Source: Moniliella sp. 'wahieum' (taxonomy: Eukaryota). From it: a stretch of DNA of 64,000 bases. The notes beneath the pieces were generated by a model. It was given only the letters and a program-made list of their open reading frames with translations, had not been told where the DNA came from and made no database searches. Position 1 is the first letter of the stretch, and each line of letters begins with the position of its first letter. The translations under genes and the position numbers were made by a program. Positions 54,038-64,000 of the stretch are shown here, piece after piece. The DNA is taken from positions 62,001-126,000 of the forward strand of contig RSEE01000104.1 of NCBI GenBank assembly GCA_003971905.1, read 5' to 3'.

Positions 54038-57000
54038 ATGATGACCACCATGGATGACCCCCGCATCGCACCCGCCCTCTCTCCGCCGCTCCGATCGGGA
54101 AATCTGTCGACGGGAACGGGGCCACCACCTCGATCGCCGCTGTTGCTTGTCCCCGCCGGTGCTTGTCCCGCCATGGTTGGGCCCTGCCCGCCGTCGGTCG
54201 CGATGGCGTGTGTGGGCCTCCGCCTCCGCCTCCGCCTCCGTCACCACGCCCCCTTGGCGCTCCAGCCCGCCCCGCCATGCTCAACCCCCCGCCCGCCATG
54301 CCGGACGACCGCCGCTCGGTGCGCCGCCCTGCGCCCTTGTCCCTTGTCCCCCACGCCAGCGCAGCGCGCAGCCTCACCCGCCCCCCCCGCCTCCTCCGAG
54401 TTTCCCCTCTCGCCCCTCTCGCCTCTTGACCGCACCCCGCACGCGCGGCTCGGATCCGGATTCGACCCCCTCTGCCCTGGACGCTCCCCGACACGCCCGA
54501 CACGCCCTCGACCCACGCAGCCCCTCCCTCGGCTGCCCGCCCGGCGGCGGCGGCGTCGGTGTCCGGCGCAGCCACGGGCGTTGGTATCGGGCTTGGGCTT
54601 GGCTTCCTCCCCACCCTCCGGCCCCCGGACCTGGACCGTCGCCTGGATCGGGACCGTGCGGACCATCGTGCGCCCACCTCGGCGGCGCCTTTCTTCCCGC
54701 CCTCGGCTTATCCTCCCCCCACAACCACACCCACACCCACACCCACTCGCACGAAGCGGAAGCGTCCGAGGCAAACGCACGCGAGATTCACTTACCGCAC
54801 GGCATCTGTGCCGGACTTCCACGCTGGCCGTGCCAGTCCCGCCGCCGCACGGTTGCCCGCCTCCCAGCACGCTTCGCACTTTGGCTTGGCACGTTTCCCT
54901 CCGCACACGGTGCCCCGTGGTCTAGGTTCGCCCCTGATCAACCCGCCCCGTTCGGCACCTTTTAGCACCACGGCATTTTCCCCCTCTTTGCCGTCCCTCC
55001 CTTCCTCCTCCTTCCCCCCGCCTACCTCCTCCCCTCGCTCCCCATCCGCGCCGACTTGCACTTCAAGCCGTTTGGCGCACATGCGTCTCCACACCTCCTC
55101 AGCCACCCAAGCCTCCTTGGCCATCCCAGCCACCCGAACCATGCCAACCACCTCAACAACCCGAGCAACCTAAGCAACCCGAGCAACCTAAGCAACCCGA
55201 GTAACCTAAGCAACCTAAGCCACCCGAGTAACCTAAGCAACCTGAACAACCCGAGCAACCTAAGCAATCCGAGCAACCTCAGCAACCTCAACAATCCGAT
55301 CCACTCGAATCATCCCACCTACCCCAACCGCCTGTGCTCCTACGCCTCCTCGCCCGAAATGGAAGTGGACTCACCCACGTTCACGCCACTCCCTTCCCAC
55401 CCCCTACTACGAGAGACGACGACCGCGCCAGGGACGGGCACGCTGGGCCGCTGCACCCTTGTGCGTATCTTATCTTTTGGCCCTGTGTGGGCAGCCCAAG
55501 TGGGCAAGGAGGAAACCGTGTTGTTTTCACGCCAACAGGATATGGTACGTTCCCCCCCTCCCCACCGCGCCGTGCACGTAACCAATTGAATTGGCATGGT
55601 CATCCGTTCTAACTCCTTCTTTTCCAGCTCATCTTTGGTGGTCGGAACGGGTTCAACCCGCGCCATCCACTTGGCTTTGTGCGCACGTTGCACAGCTTTG
55701 AGCGATGGGAAAAGATTGTGGATACGGGAAACGTAGGAGCGTTCCGATTCCAGCGGGGCGACTGGTTTTGTGACTTGTGCGGGGAAAAAATGTGGCGGTG
55801 GCGCTTGTCGTGTCGGAAATGCAAGACGGAGCATGCGGCAACGCGGTTGCAGGATCGGAACCAGATCGGGGTCAGCTTGACCCCGGCCGCACTGGCAACT
55901 GCTTGGGAACGGGTCAAACGGACGGAACAGGCCATGCTGTCCGCTACTCTCTCGGCTCTTCACACTATTCCTTCCCTTCCCTTGTCTTTGTCCTTGCCCT
56001 TGCCCTTGCCCCTGCCCAGCCCGGCCGTCTCTACCCCACCGCTGGCTCAGACGACCGACGTCCGCCCGCCTCAGCACTCCCATCCGTCCCATCCGTCCCA
56101 TCCGTCCCATCCGTCCCATCCGTCCCATCCGTCCCATCCGTCCCATCCGTCCCATCCGTCCCATCCGTCCCATCCGTCCCATCCGTCCCATCCGTCCCAT
56201 CCGTCCCATCCGTCCCATCCGTCCCATCCGTCACTTGCTTCTCTCCCCCCTCGACCGGGACGGGCTGCCGGACTGGGCATGCCGTCCGGGGTACTATCTC
56301 CCTTGGCACTTGACGTGCGTTCGCCTGCGCCATTGCTCCAACCCGTTTCGTCCCGCTGTACCCTTCGCCGCTGGCCGAGTATGTAGGGTACGGACCGGAG
56401 CCCAGTCGTCGTCCGAGCTTTGTCCCGAGCCCAAGCCCTACCCTTGGCCCCATCCCCACGGCACCTGCCACGCCCCTGGCCCAGACGGACCTCGCCTCCC
56501 ACCCATCTCCCACCCCAACCCAGCACGACCGCACCAACGGGACCAATGGGACCAACGGGACTAATGGGACCAACGGAACTAATGGGACCAACGGGACTAA
56601 TGGGACCAACGGGACTGATGCCCCTACCACCCCGCCGCGTCCCTCCCCACCAACCCGTTCTCCCACCCCACGCCAACCTCCACCTCGAACGTGACCGTGG
56701 CCACGACGTCGAACGTCAATCCGTCCTCGCATCCCAGCCCGAATCTGAATCTGAGTCTGAGTCTGAGCCCGAACCTTCGTCTAAGTCCGAACCTGTGTCT
56801 GAGCCCGAACCTGGGTCTGAGTCCCAACCTGAACACGAATGCGAACCTGAATCCGAATGCGCACCCGAACCAGAATCTGAACCCAAGTCTGAATGCGACT
56901 GCGACCGTGACTGCGACGACGCTGGATCCGGACCTGGTTTACGTCCCGGACCAGCCGAGCCCTAGCACCAACCCACCGCCCGCACTCCGTTCCCACCTCA

Positions 57001-57095
57001 GCCCGTTGACCCAGATGTCTCCCCTCCTCGCTCACCTTCCTCTCCGCCCGAGCGTGCGTGATACGCTTCACCCTACCAAGGGGTTTGACTCCTAA
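54038..57095 (+). CDS. Low-complexity protein with a RanBP2-type zinc finger and several tandem peptide repeats
   Basis: QRGDWFCDLCGEKMWRWRLSCRKC (W-x-C-x2-C-x10-C-x2-C), plus (NLSNPS)n, (SHP)17, (MGPTGL)n and (PNL)n tracts. Boundaries are inferred across frameshifts. Confidence 0.55.
56078..56230. repeat. Perfect 9-bp minisatellite (TCCCATCCG) x17
   Basis: Directly visible. Confidence 0.95.
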
Positions 57096-57216
57096 GTTCA
57101 GCGTGTAGCTGGGATTCTCCTGCCCCCCTGACTTTCTGAACATGTTCTCTTTTTGACCGTCCCAGTAATCGTATGGCGACACTGACACCAGTACATATTG
57201 CTGGTCTTTTAGCTGA

Positions 57217-57281
57217 TGCGTCCATATCATTGACAGAGCCTAAGGCTGGGACAGGGGGAATGCTACGTCTAAACCGAACCG
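57217..57281 (+). repeat. Dispersed ~60-bp repeat, copy next to the STE3 3' end
   Basis: TGCGTCCATATCATTGACAGAGCCTAAGGCTGGGACAGGGGGAATGCTACGTCTAAACCGAACC; related copies at ~62986, ~50098 (reverse) and ~15538 (partial). Confidence 0.85.
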
Positions 57282-57683
57282 TTCATCTTGCGGGGGTTAC
57301 CGGTTACAGACCTGGAAGCGCCCCCAGGTTAAAAGTAGCTTATTGAGTACACCATCGATCATCTGCATCATCAATAGTATCAGACGCAGATCACATGCAT
57401 CATGTATTGTTGCCACGTCACCCACCGGTGCCTTGCCTGATTCGTAGATGGGAAAGCTAGACGCTGGAGTTGCCGCGCGCAGGCCAGCAGGACACGGGTA
57501 CATTACTGTCCCACTGCTTGCTCTATCCTCTTCGCCACCACTCTCCTTCCCCCTTCCCCTTCTTCTCGCTCACCTCGTTACTTGATTACTACTCGCTGAT
57601 CGTCTGTGGTTTAGAGACTAGGTGTCTCCAGGTCAGAGCCTTCACGCGTCGCTAAAGTATGCATCATGTGCATCATGCAATGG

Positions 57684-59107
57684 TCAATTGATCTCGGTTG
57701 TAGAATGGATAAGCACTTGGTCCAGTCCCTTGCCTCTCAATTGGGGGGACGAGCATTCCATGTCACCAGCAGCTGTGGCAAATGAATAGCCGTGGTTGTT
57801 CCCCCTTGGTGCATCCAGCATTGACCCACCCGCAACTCCCACGTTTTGCGAAGAGGTAACCTGTTCCTGCCCACATGTGTAAAAGGTAAGCACCACTGGT
57901 GGGAGGCTGAACTCGATCGCCTTTGACCACAAATGTTGTGCTCTGGATAGATTAGTACCAATGACATACCGAGGATGGATTGCGGTTGAAAAGTTGAACC
58001 CAAAAGTAGATATCTTCTTTGTACCGCCGAACGAGGAAACTCTTGACCGCCTTGTACCAATCCCTGTACGCTTGAACCTGCTCCCTGGTGAATCCGTATG
58101 TAAAGAATATCATGAAAGGTACACCAAAGCGAGAAGCAGCGGTAGCATTTCTCCAGACCTTATCGTTGTCGTACACCCAATATGAGACGTTGTAGTCTTC
58201 ATGTTCAAATCCCACGAAACTTCATGAGAATGGGGAATTTAAGTCAGCCTCAAGCTACTGTTACACAAATAATGAATGTACAGTACTCACCGTAATGGTG
58301 CAAGGGCTGCTTCGCCCTTTTCGAGAACTGAAAAATGACCCATATAAGGTACAAAATGGCCACCGTCAATCCGAAAACCAGGAGTCGAACGAAGGCTGCT
58401 GGTTTGACTGCTCCCTTCGTACCCTTGATCAAAGAATCGCGTCTTATCGTGCTCCACAGTCGAAATGTACGCCAACTGGTGAACGCTATTACAGGACAAA
58501 TATTGGTTAATATTCCTGTGAGATATTAGTTCGACGGATCAGAGGGAGAGCGTACTTACCGGCATACCCAGCCGCTACCACAGGCAAAATCAGCAACCAT
58601 ATGAAATGAACGAAGATCCCGGGAACAGTGAAGTCGATAGGGGAGGCGCAGCCACTTGGTCCAAGGATGTCGCTGCGGTGCCCCTGCGACACGTATTGCA
58701 CATCCGGTGAGAACAGTCGGTATACCAACGCCAATACATATATTGATAATGAGAGATCGCTTAGTCTTGGCATGGTTGGTTGACAGGATGGCCAAAATCT
58801 CTCTAAACAAAATCACCTCAGTGCAGGATAACCCAGATAGAGACCACTGTTCGATTGGCAACGATATATCGCACCAATCAATGGTCGTGGACGGTCTGAG
58901 TGTTACCGCCGATAGCATTTTGACATTGGAATATTTCCAGATGTTGGTCGTCATGATCGTGCTTGACACGATCGAGTCGACGTAAAAGCAGTACATCGGT
59001 ACGCATAGATGCCCGCCCTTCTTGAGTTGCACAGGGAGGAGAAGAGCGACCAAAACAATGCTCAAGACACCGAGTGTACCTACGATGCCAGAGTATGCCG
59101 TTACCAT
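57684..59107 (-). CDS. STE3: STE3-type lipopeptide pheromone receptor (Pra-like GPCR); 3' end uncertain (57952 or 57684)
   Basis: STE3 hallmarks in order: NIW...WCDIS, ICIGVGIP, YVSQGHRSDI...GC, FVRLLVFG, SWD.EHEDY and MIFFTYGFTRE. ATG at 59107. Introns at 58516-58559 and ~58220-58290. A few 1-nt indels. Confidence 0.93.
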
Positions 59108-59582
59108 GGCTGGTGTTTGAGGGGGATCGAAAGACTGAGTTGGAAAGAAGAGGTGAAAATGATAAAAGAATGTGGGAGGGCCATGTATATGTACTTCGGG
59201 ATTACTAAAGTACTATAGTGCTACTTATATAATAGGAGACGATCGGACGATGCATAACGATATGGGGAAGATTATCGATACTAACGGTCGGTGTTGTCAC
59301 GCGTGACTCATTCATTAATCATGCAGAAACAATTTTACTTACACATATTGACAGAAAGGCTTCACGCTTGAGAAGCTTGAAGCTTGAAAGCACACAAAAG
59401 GAGGCAAACGTTGTATATTGTCTTTGGCCTCCCATAAAGGCTGCCATAAGGCCGGGTCGCGTGCACAGAGAAATGAGCGTAGCCAGAAGCAACACCCCCA
59501 GAACGGGTTTAGCTGTGTAACAGTGAGTTTAATCGAAGGAACAATACCGGAAGGGGCGATGTTGGGTGACACAAAAAAGGAC

Positions 59583-59591
59583 ACAAAGGGA
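59583..59591 (+). promoter_or_regulatory. Pheromone response element (ACAAAGGGA, Prf1-type HMG site)
   Basis: Exact match to the Ustilago maydis PRE consensus, within the divergent receptor-pheromone promoter. Near-matches at ~59394 (ACAAAAGGA) and ~59571. TATA-like boxes at ~59226 (receptor side) and ~59768 (pheromone side). Confidence 0.7.
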
Positions 59592-59629
59592 ATGATGCAA
59601 AAGGGGGGGGAGACCAGAATAAAGCCGCA

Positions 59630-60245
59630 CCTGCCGATACCCCGCCTTCCAGCAACATACATATCGGTACGTCAGCAAAACTAGCGTGGAAAAGGGGCCG
59701 GGGGGTTCCGGCTCAAGAGATAGGAAACAGACGATAGTATACTCTGCTAGGGATGGTGTGCATTGCTATTTAAGAACAGCTCATTTCCACAATGCCGGAC
59801 GTACATCACCACTACCCTCACCCACTCTTCTCTCTCTCATCAGCCACTGCCGACGCGCACCAGCACACCGTATCTTCCATCAAGATGTCTCTTTCACCAT
59901 GTTCACCATCCCTACCAACACGATGGCGGCCGAGCCTATTGGCCCTGACCAGGACCCGAGTATGTAACGCAGCTCCGTTTGGTCTGATTCGACCGCCGCG
60001 CCCGTATGTTGCTAACACTGTGCTTTTTGCACGCCAGCTGGTTCCATGACTGGCTGTGTCATTGCCTAGAGGGGCTTTCTGGTAAAGCCCTCCCAATGCC
60101 ACGGCAGGTCAATCCCCAATCCTCCCTCCACCGCTGTTAGGCCGCTTAGGCATATCAGCAGTTCTCCTTGGCATCCCTACGGTTGATGCTCATGTCTGCA
60201 CCTGTTCGGCCTGCAGGGATACTGGGAGGCATGCACCAGGAGGTG
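59630..60245 (+). repeat. Direct repeat A (pheromone cassette), partner at 63380-64000
   Basis: Near-identical to the partner from ~59700 onward; more diverged over the first ~70 bp. Confidence 0.95.
59885..60069 (+). CDS. mfa: Mating pheromone precursor, copy 1 (2 exons, CAAX = CVIA)
   Basis: Exon 1 ends at 59959; intron 59960-60037 (GTATGT...GCTAAC...CAG); exon 2 60038-60069 encodes TGSMTGCVIA*. One T is missing after the first ATG relative to copy 2; there is an in-frame ATG at 59899. Confidence 0.88.
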
Positions 60246-60316
60246 TGTTTGTCTTTCAGTCTCTTCTAGCGTGGCCCCGGTATTTGATCACTTCTCTTTT
60301 ACCTCATATATTGGAA

Positions 60317-60348
60317 CCCCCCCCCCCCCCCCCCCCCCCCCCTCCCCC
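60317..60348. repeat. Poly-C tract (26 C + T + 5 C)
   Basis: Directly visible. Confidence 0.9.
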
Positions 60349-60639
60349 ATAGGAGAGAGCAGACAGTTGGTGTGTTTGTTATAGACCAGAGAGCAGGTAG
60401 TTGTTAGTGTATTGCATTGCACATGAACTACAGAGGATAGAGAATATTCCTGCCCGCCAGGAAGGAATATTGCATGGAACAAACCAGAAGGTTCCGGACT
60501 TGGGCTATACCGGCGCCATCACTACACCAGTGTGGCGTCACATCTCCACAGCCCAAGGACGGTACCGACGGTTTTCCTCAAGCGCTCGAGCTCAATCCCC
60601 ACCAAAACCTAGGCACCGGAGTGGCCAGGTGGGGGGAGA

Positions 60640-62940
60640 TCAGGAATAGGACCCAATTCGCGGTCACAGCGGCTCCAGGACCCTGTATGCCAGGCTCTTG
60701 GTGTGGAGGTCGGAGACGGTGTCCACACCTTTTATGGACACAGGAGTAACAATCCCTGCTCGGTTGCTCTCACGTATATCGGTGTAGAAGCGGGCAAGGT
60801 GGCGCGTCCCTTTGGCAGAACCCCAATATTCGCGCAGGCGACTGCCACGGATGAGTCGCACCGAAGCGCGAAAGGAATACCTGTGGAAAAGCACAAGCTC
60901 CACCAACAGTTCACGCAGCGCCACATAGCATAAGCGACACCCTACTCCCTGCCACATACTCCGAGTCGCCCGTGCTGCGTCCCACCACGCGCTGCTTGGC
61001 CGAGCGCCAGCCAACCAAGGCTCCAAAAACGTAGACTGCCAGGCCAGAGGTGGCCTTGCTGTCCCACCTTTCGTTGTAGCTGCTGTCGGTTGTAAAGTTC
61101 CAGCGGTGGGCCAACGGTAGAGTAGGATGGAGTCGGAGCGCTAGACCAGCAGTGTGACCCAAGTAGCCCCATACCCGGCCAAAGCCGTCCAGTGTTGGGG
61201 ACCAGGGTCAGCACAGAATTGTCCAAGTGAGCGCACAGCAAATCAATGTCCGGGCGGGTGCAGGATGCGATCCATCCTAGTGTTCTCACTTCACTGGCGA
61301 AGCGATGTGTCTCCTCCTCCGGACACTGTCGCTCGCCTTCAGCGCGGGGGACAAGCTGAGTCCCCGTAAGAAGAGGTTGACGATAAGGTGGCTCGCCCTC
61401 ACGTCCAAATCTTCTCGTGCTCGCCTTAATATAGTCCTCCTGAGAGAAATCTCCAGGTCGGAAGCGAAACGCACATTCAGAAAGTATGCTAACGGACCGC
61501 CGTCCTTGACATCCACATGTTGGCGTAGGCCCCATAAGAAGTTGTAGTATGCCTCAGCAGATGAGGCAGCGACGCAAGCATCATCCACCCATATACAGAG
61601 GATGATCACCTCTTCACCGCGTACACGGGAAACACGCACCGGTCGGCGACAGTGGAGGTGCAGCCGATGAGTTGGAGCAACCGTAAGTTCTCATACCATC
61701 TCCGCGAGCTCTGCTTCAGGCCATACGGGGCTTTCTTGAGTAGCCACACCTTACCATCTTCCCGCCGAAGCCCTTTGGCGGTTCCATGTACACGTATTCG
61801 CTTGGCTGGACGTCGGCATAAAGAAAGCGGACACCACATCGCAAGTGAAAACGGGTCAGTCAAGACGCAGAGCAAGAACGAGAAACGGTTAGCAGTGCCA
61901 TGAAGCTTACAGTGGCGGCAGATAACGTAGCTGGATCATAGTCAAGGCCCGGGCGTTGAAGGAAGTCCTGGCCCACCCACCGGGTGCGCCGCCGAACTAG
62001 TCAACCGGCCTCGGTTTTGTAATGGCACCGGACAAAGCGGCCCCTCGACACCATGGCATCACTCCCTTTCGCCGGCCGCTGCACGCTCTCCCCAATCCCC
62101 CCCGGTCTTCCAGATTCTTCACCTCATTCCGGAAAGCTGCTCCCACTCGCTTGCACCCGCACCTCGTCGGGCTTCATACTCATTGCGGGATCCACCCACA
62201 GAGGGGGGACATCCCCACCATTGTCCCCACCATTGTCCCCACCATTTCCCACTGTGGCACAGCCGCGGAAATGGGATGGGACGGTTGATATGCTTCGTCC
62301 TAGTTTTGCCCTGATAGGGCCCAAAAATTTGGACCAACGACTGATTGCGCAAATCAGCCTGTAGGGCCGCCTGCCGTCTCGGACGCTCCGACATTGTGGT
62401 CCGGTACCGCAGCATCGGCGCGGTCGGCTCCAACTCCGCAATCGTGGCTGATGGACCTGGGGCACAGGTCCGTAGTTGGTGTCATCACCCCATCGTAACA
62501 TATCCCTCACCCAGGTGAGCCGCCACTGCGATACTGCCCACTCGCCCACTAGCCACTTGCTTTGGCCCACGTCGTATCCAGGAGGGCCCGAGGAGCACCA
62601 CGGCACGACAAGCGATTCTCCGATCCTCTTCATTCACGAGCGCATAGGCCACTGCACCAAAGCGATGAAGGTACCCTGGCGCAGCTGGTTTCTCCAGGTA
62701 ACGCGTGGCAGGATTCGGAGGGCCAAGCTTGCCGATACTCATGTTGCGTATATACGCTGCGGCCTCAATGGCGAGCGGCCAAAGGTCCAGCCACCGCTGC
62801 GATTCACAGCAGTTTCAACGGCGGTGTTGAACGTACTAGGAAGCGAATCTTGGATACGACCGTAGACAAAGGTGTCACGACGCTGGGGTTGAACGTTGAC
62901 AACTTGTGCGCGATTACCTGATGCACCTGCAGTGCTCCCA
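60640..62940 (-). mobile_element. Degenerate, 5'-truncated Ty1/copia retrotransposon (post-integrase region, RT, RNase H)
   Basis: LHRFGAVAY (post-integrase); LLKKAPYGLKQSSRRWY and LCIWVDD (RT); TRPDI; TDSSY...ATSG...WRSAKQRVVGRSTGDSEYVA and SDLHTKSL (RNase H). This is the copia domain order. No gag and no LTR pair were found. Confidence 0.9.
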
Positions 62941-62985
62941 CTCGGTTGTGTTTCTGTTCTGTCACATGTCAGGTTCTCTCTAAGT

Positions 62986-63054
62986 TGCGTCCACTGCATA
63001 TCATTGGCAGAGCTTAAGGCTGGGACAGGGGAGTCGCTACGTCTAAACCGAACC
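62986..63054 (+). repeat. Dispersed ~60-bp repeat, copy upstream of pheromone copy 2
   Basis: ...CATATCATTGGCAGAGCTTAAGGCTGGGACAGGGGAGTCGCTACGTCTAAACCGAACC. Confidence 0.85.
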
Positions 63055-63379
63055 TGTGAAAACATATAGAATCGCAGCAACCGGTAACCAGTAACCTCTC
63101 TTCAAGCCTCAGCTTCTGGCTCTTAATTGAACCCTGTGTGAAACATAGGTCAGGTGGAACAGCGAGCAATGTACACAAGGGAATTATTCTGCGACCCAAC
63201 AGCAGCCAACAGTCATATTGAAGGAAGGATATGTAGCTGAAAACATTGGATTGCCGTATGAAAATATGGCTCAAGGCTTTCACTGCCAGTGGGGGTGAAC
63301 GAGATTCGCTCCACCCACCCCGAACAGAGAGGGCGGACCTTCCGAAAGAGATTTGGAACTTCCGAAAGAGGGAGCCAAC

Positions 63380-64000
63380 TTGCCGATACACCCCGCGTTC
63401 GAGAGCAACGTAGACATCGGTACGTCACAGAAAAACTGGTGTGTAAAAGGGGCCGCGGGGGTTCCGGCTCAAGAGATAGGAAACAGACGATAGTATACTC
63501 TGCTAGGGACGGTGCATTGCTATTTAAGAACAGCTCATTTTCCACAATGCCGGACGTACATCACCACTACCCTCACCCACTCTTCTCTCTCCTCATCAGC
63601 CACTGCCGACGCGCACCAGCACACCGTATCTTCCATCAAGATGTCTCTTTTCACCATGTTCACCATCCCTACCAACACGATGGCGGCCGAGCCTATTGGC
63701 CCTGACCAGGACCCGAGTATGTAACGCAGCTCCGTTTGGTCTGATTCGCCGCCGGCCCGTATGTTGCTAACACTGTGCTTTTTGCACGCCCAGCTGGTTC
63801 CATGACTGGCTGTGTCATTGCCTAGAGGGGCTTTCTGGTAAAGCCCTCCCAATGCCACGGCAGGTCAATCCCCAATCCTCCCTCCACCGCTGTTAGGCCG
63901 CTTAGGCATATCAGCAGTTCTCCTTGGCATCCCTACGGTTGATGCTCATGTCTGCACCTGTTCGGCCCGCAGGGATACTGGGAGGCATGCACCAGGATGT
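63380..64000 (+). repeat. Direct repeat B (pheromone cassette), runs to window end
   Basis: Near-identical to 59630-60245. Confidence 0.95.
63641..63825 (+). CDS. mfa: Mating pheromone precursor, copy 2 (35 aa, intact): MSLFTMFTIPTNTMAAEPIGPDQDPTGSMTGCVIA
   Basis: Exon 1 63641-63716, intron 63717-63793, exon 2 63794-63825. The spliced length of 108 nt is in frame and ends in CAAX (CVIA) then TAG. Confidence 0.92.

Noticed and set aside
55140..56230. Regular repeats as a CRISPR-like array
   Set aside because: These are contiguous tandem units with no unique spacers, in a eukaryotic coding context.
59630..64000. Direct repeats flanking the copia fragment read as LTRs
   Set aside because: They contain an intron-bearing CAAX pheromone gene with its promoter, have a diffuse 5' boundary with no TG...CA ends, and there is no room for gag-integrase before the distal copy.

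Overview
This is eukaryotic fungal DNA. It is most likely a basidiomycete, and the myosin V tail, pheromone style and PRE motif point to Ustilaginomycotina. GC-rich housekeeping genes carry short GT...CTRAC...YAG introns: myosin V, an MFS transporter, a PUS1-like protein, MDM31, AFG2/DRG1, a DPBB/expansin-like protein, MTR10, RPN9, NOP10, a ubiquitin-like protein, a multi-TM protein and a RanBP2-type zinc-finger protein. They are interrupted by lower-GC islands holding two DUF3533/SNG1-like paralogs, repeats and TE relics. Nearly every gene has single-base frameshifts, which is best explained by uncorrected long-read indels. The main feature is a pheromone/receptor (P/R) mating-type locus at about 57.2-64 kb. 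It contains an STE3-type receptor and a divergently transcribed, intron-split CAAX pheromone precursor (MSLFTMFTIPTNTMAAEPIGPDQDP|TGSMTGCVIA) that the ORF track does not show. A perfect ACAAAGGGA pheromone-response element lies between these two genes. A second, near-identical pheromone cassette lies 3.75 kb downstream, with a degenerate Ty1/copia element between the copies. A dispersed ~60-bp repeat precedes both cassettes.
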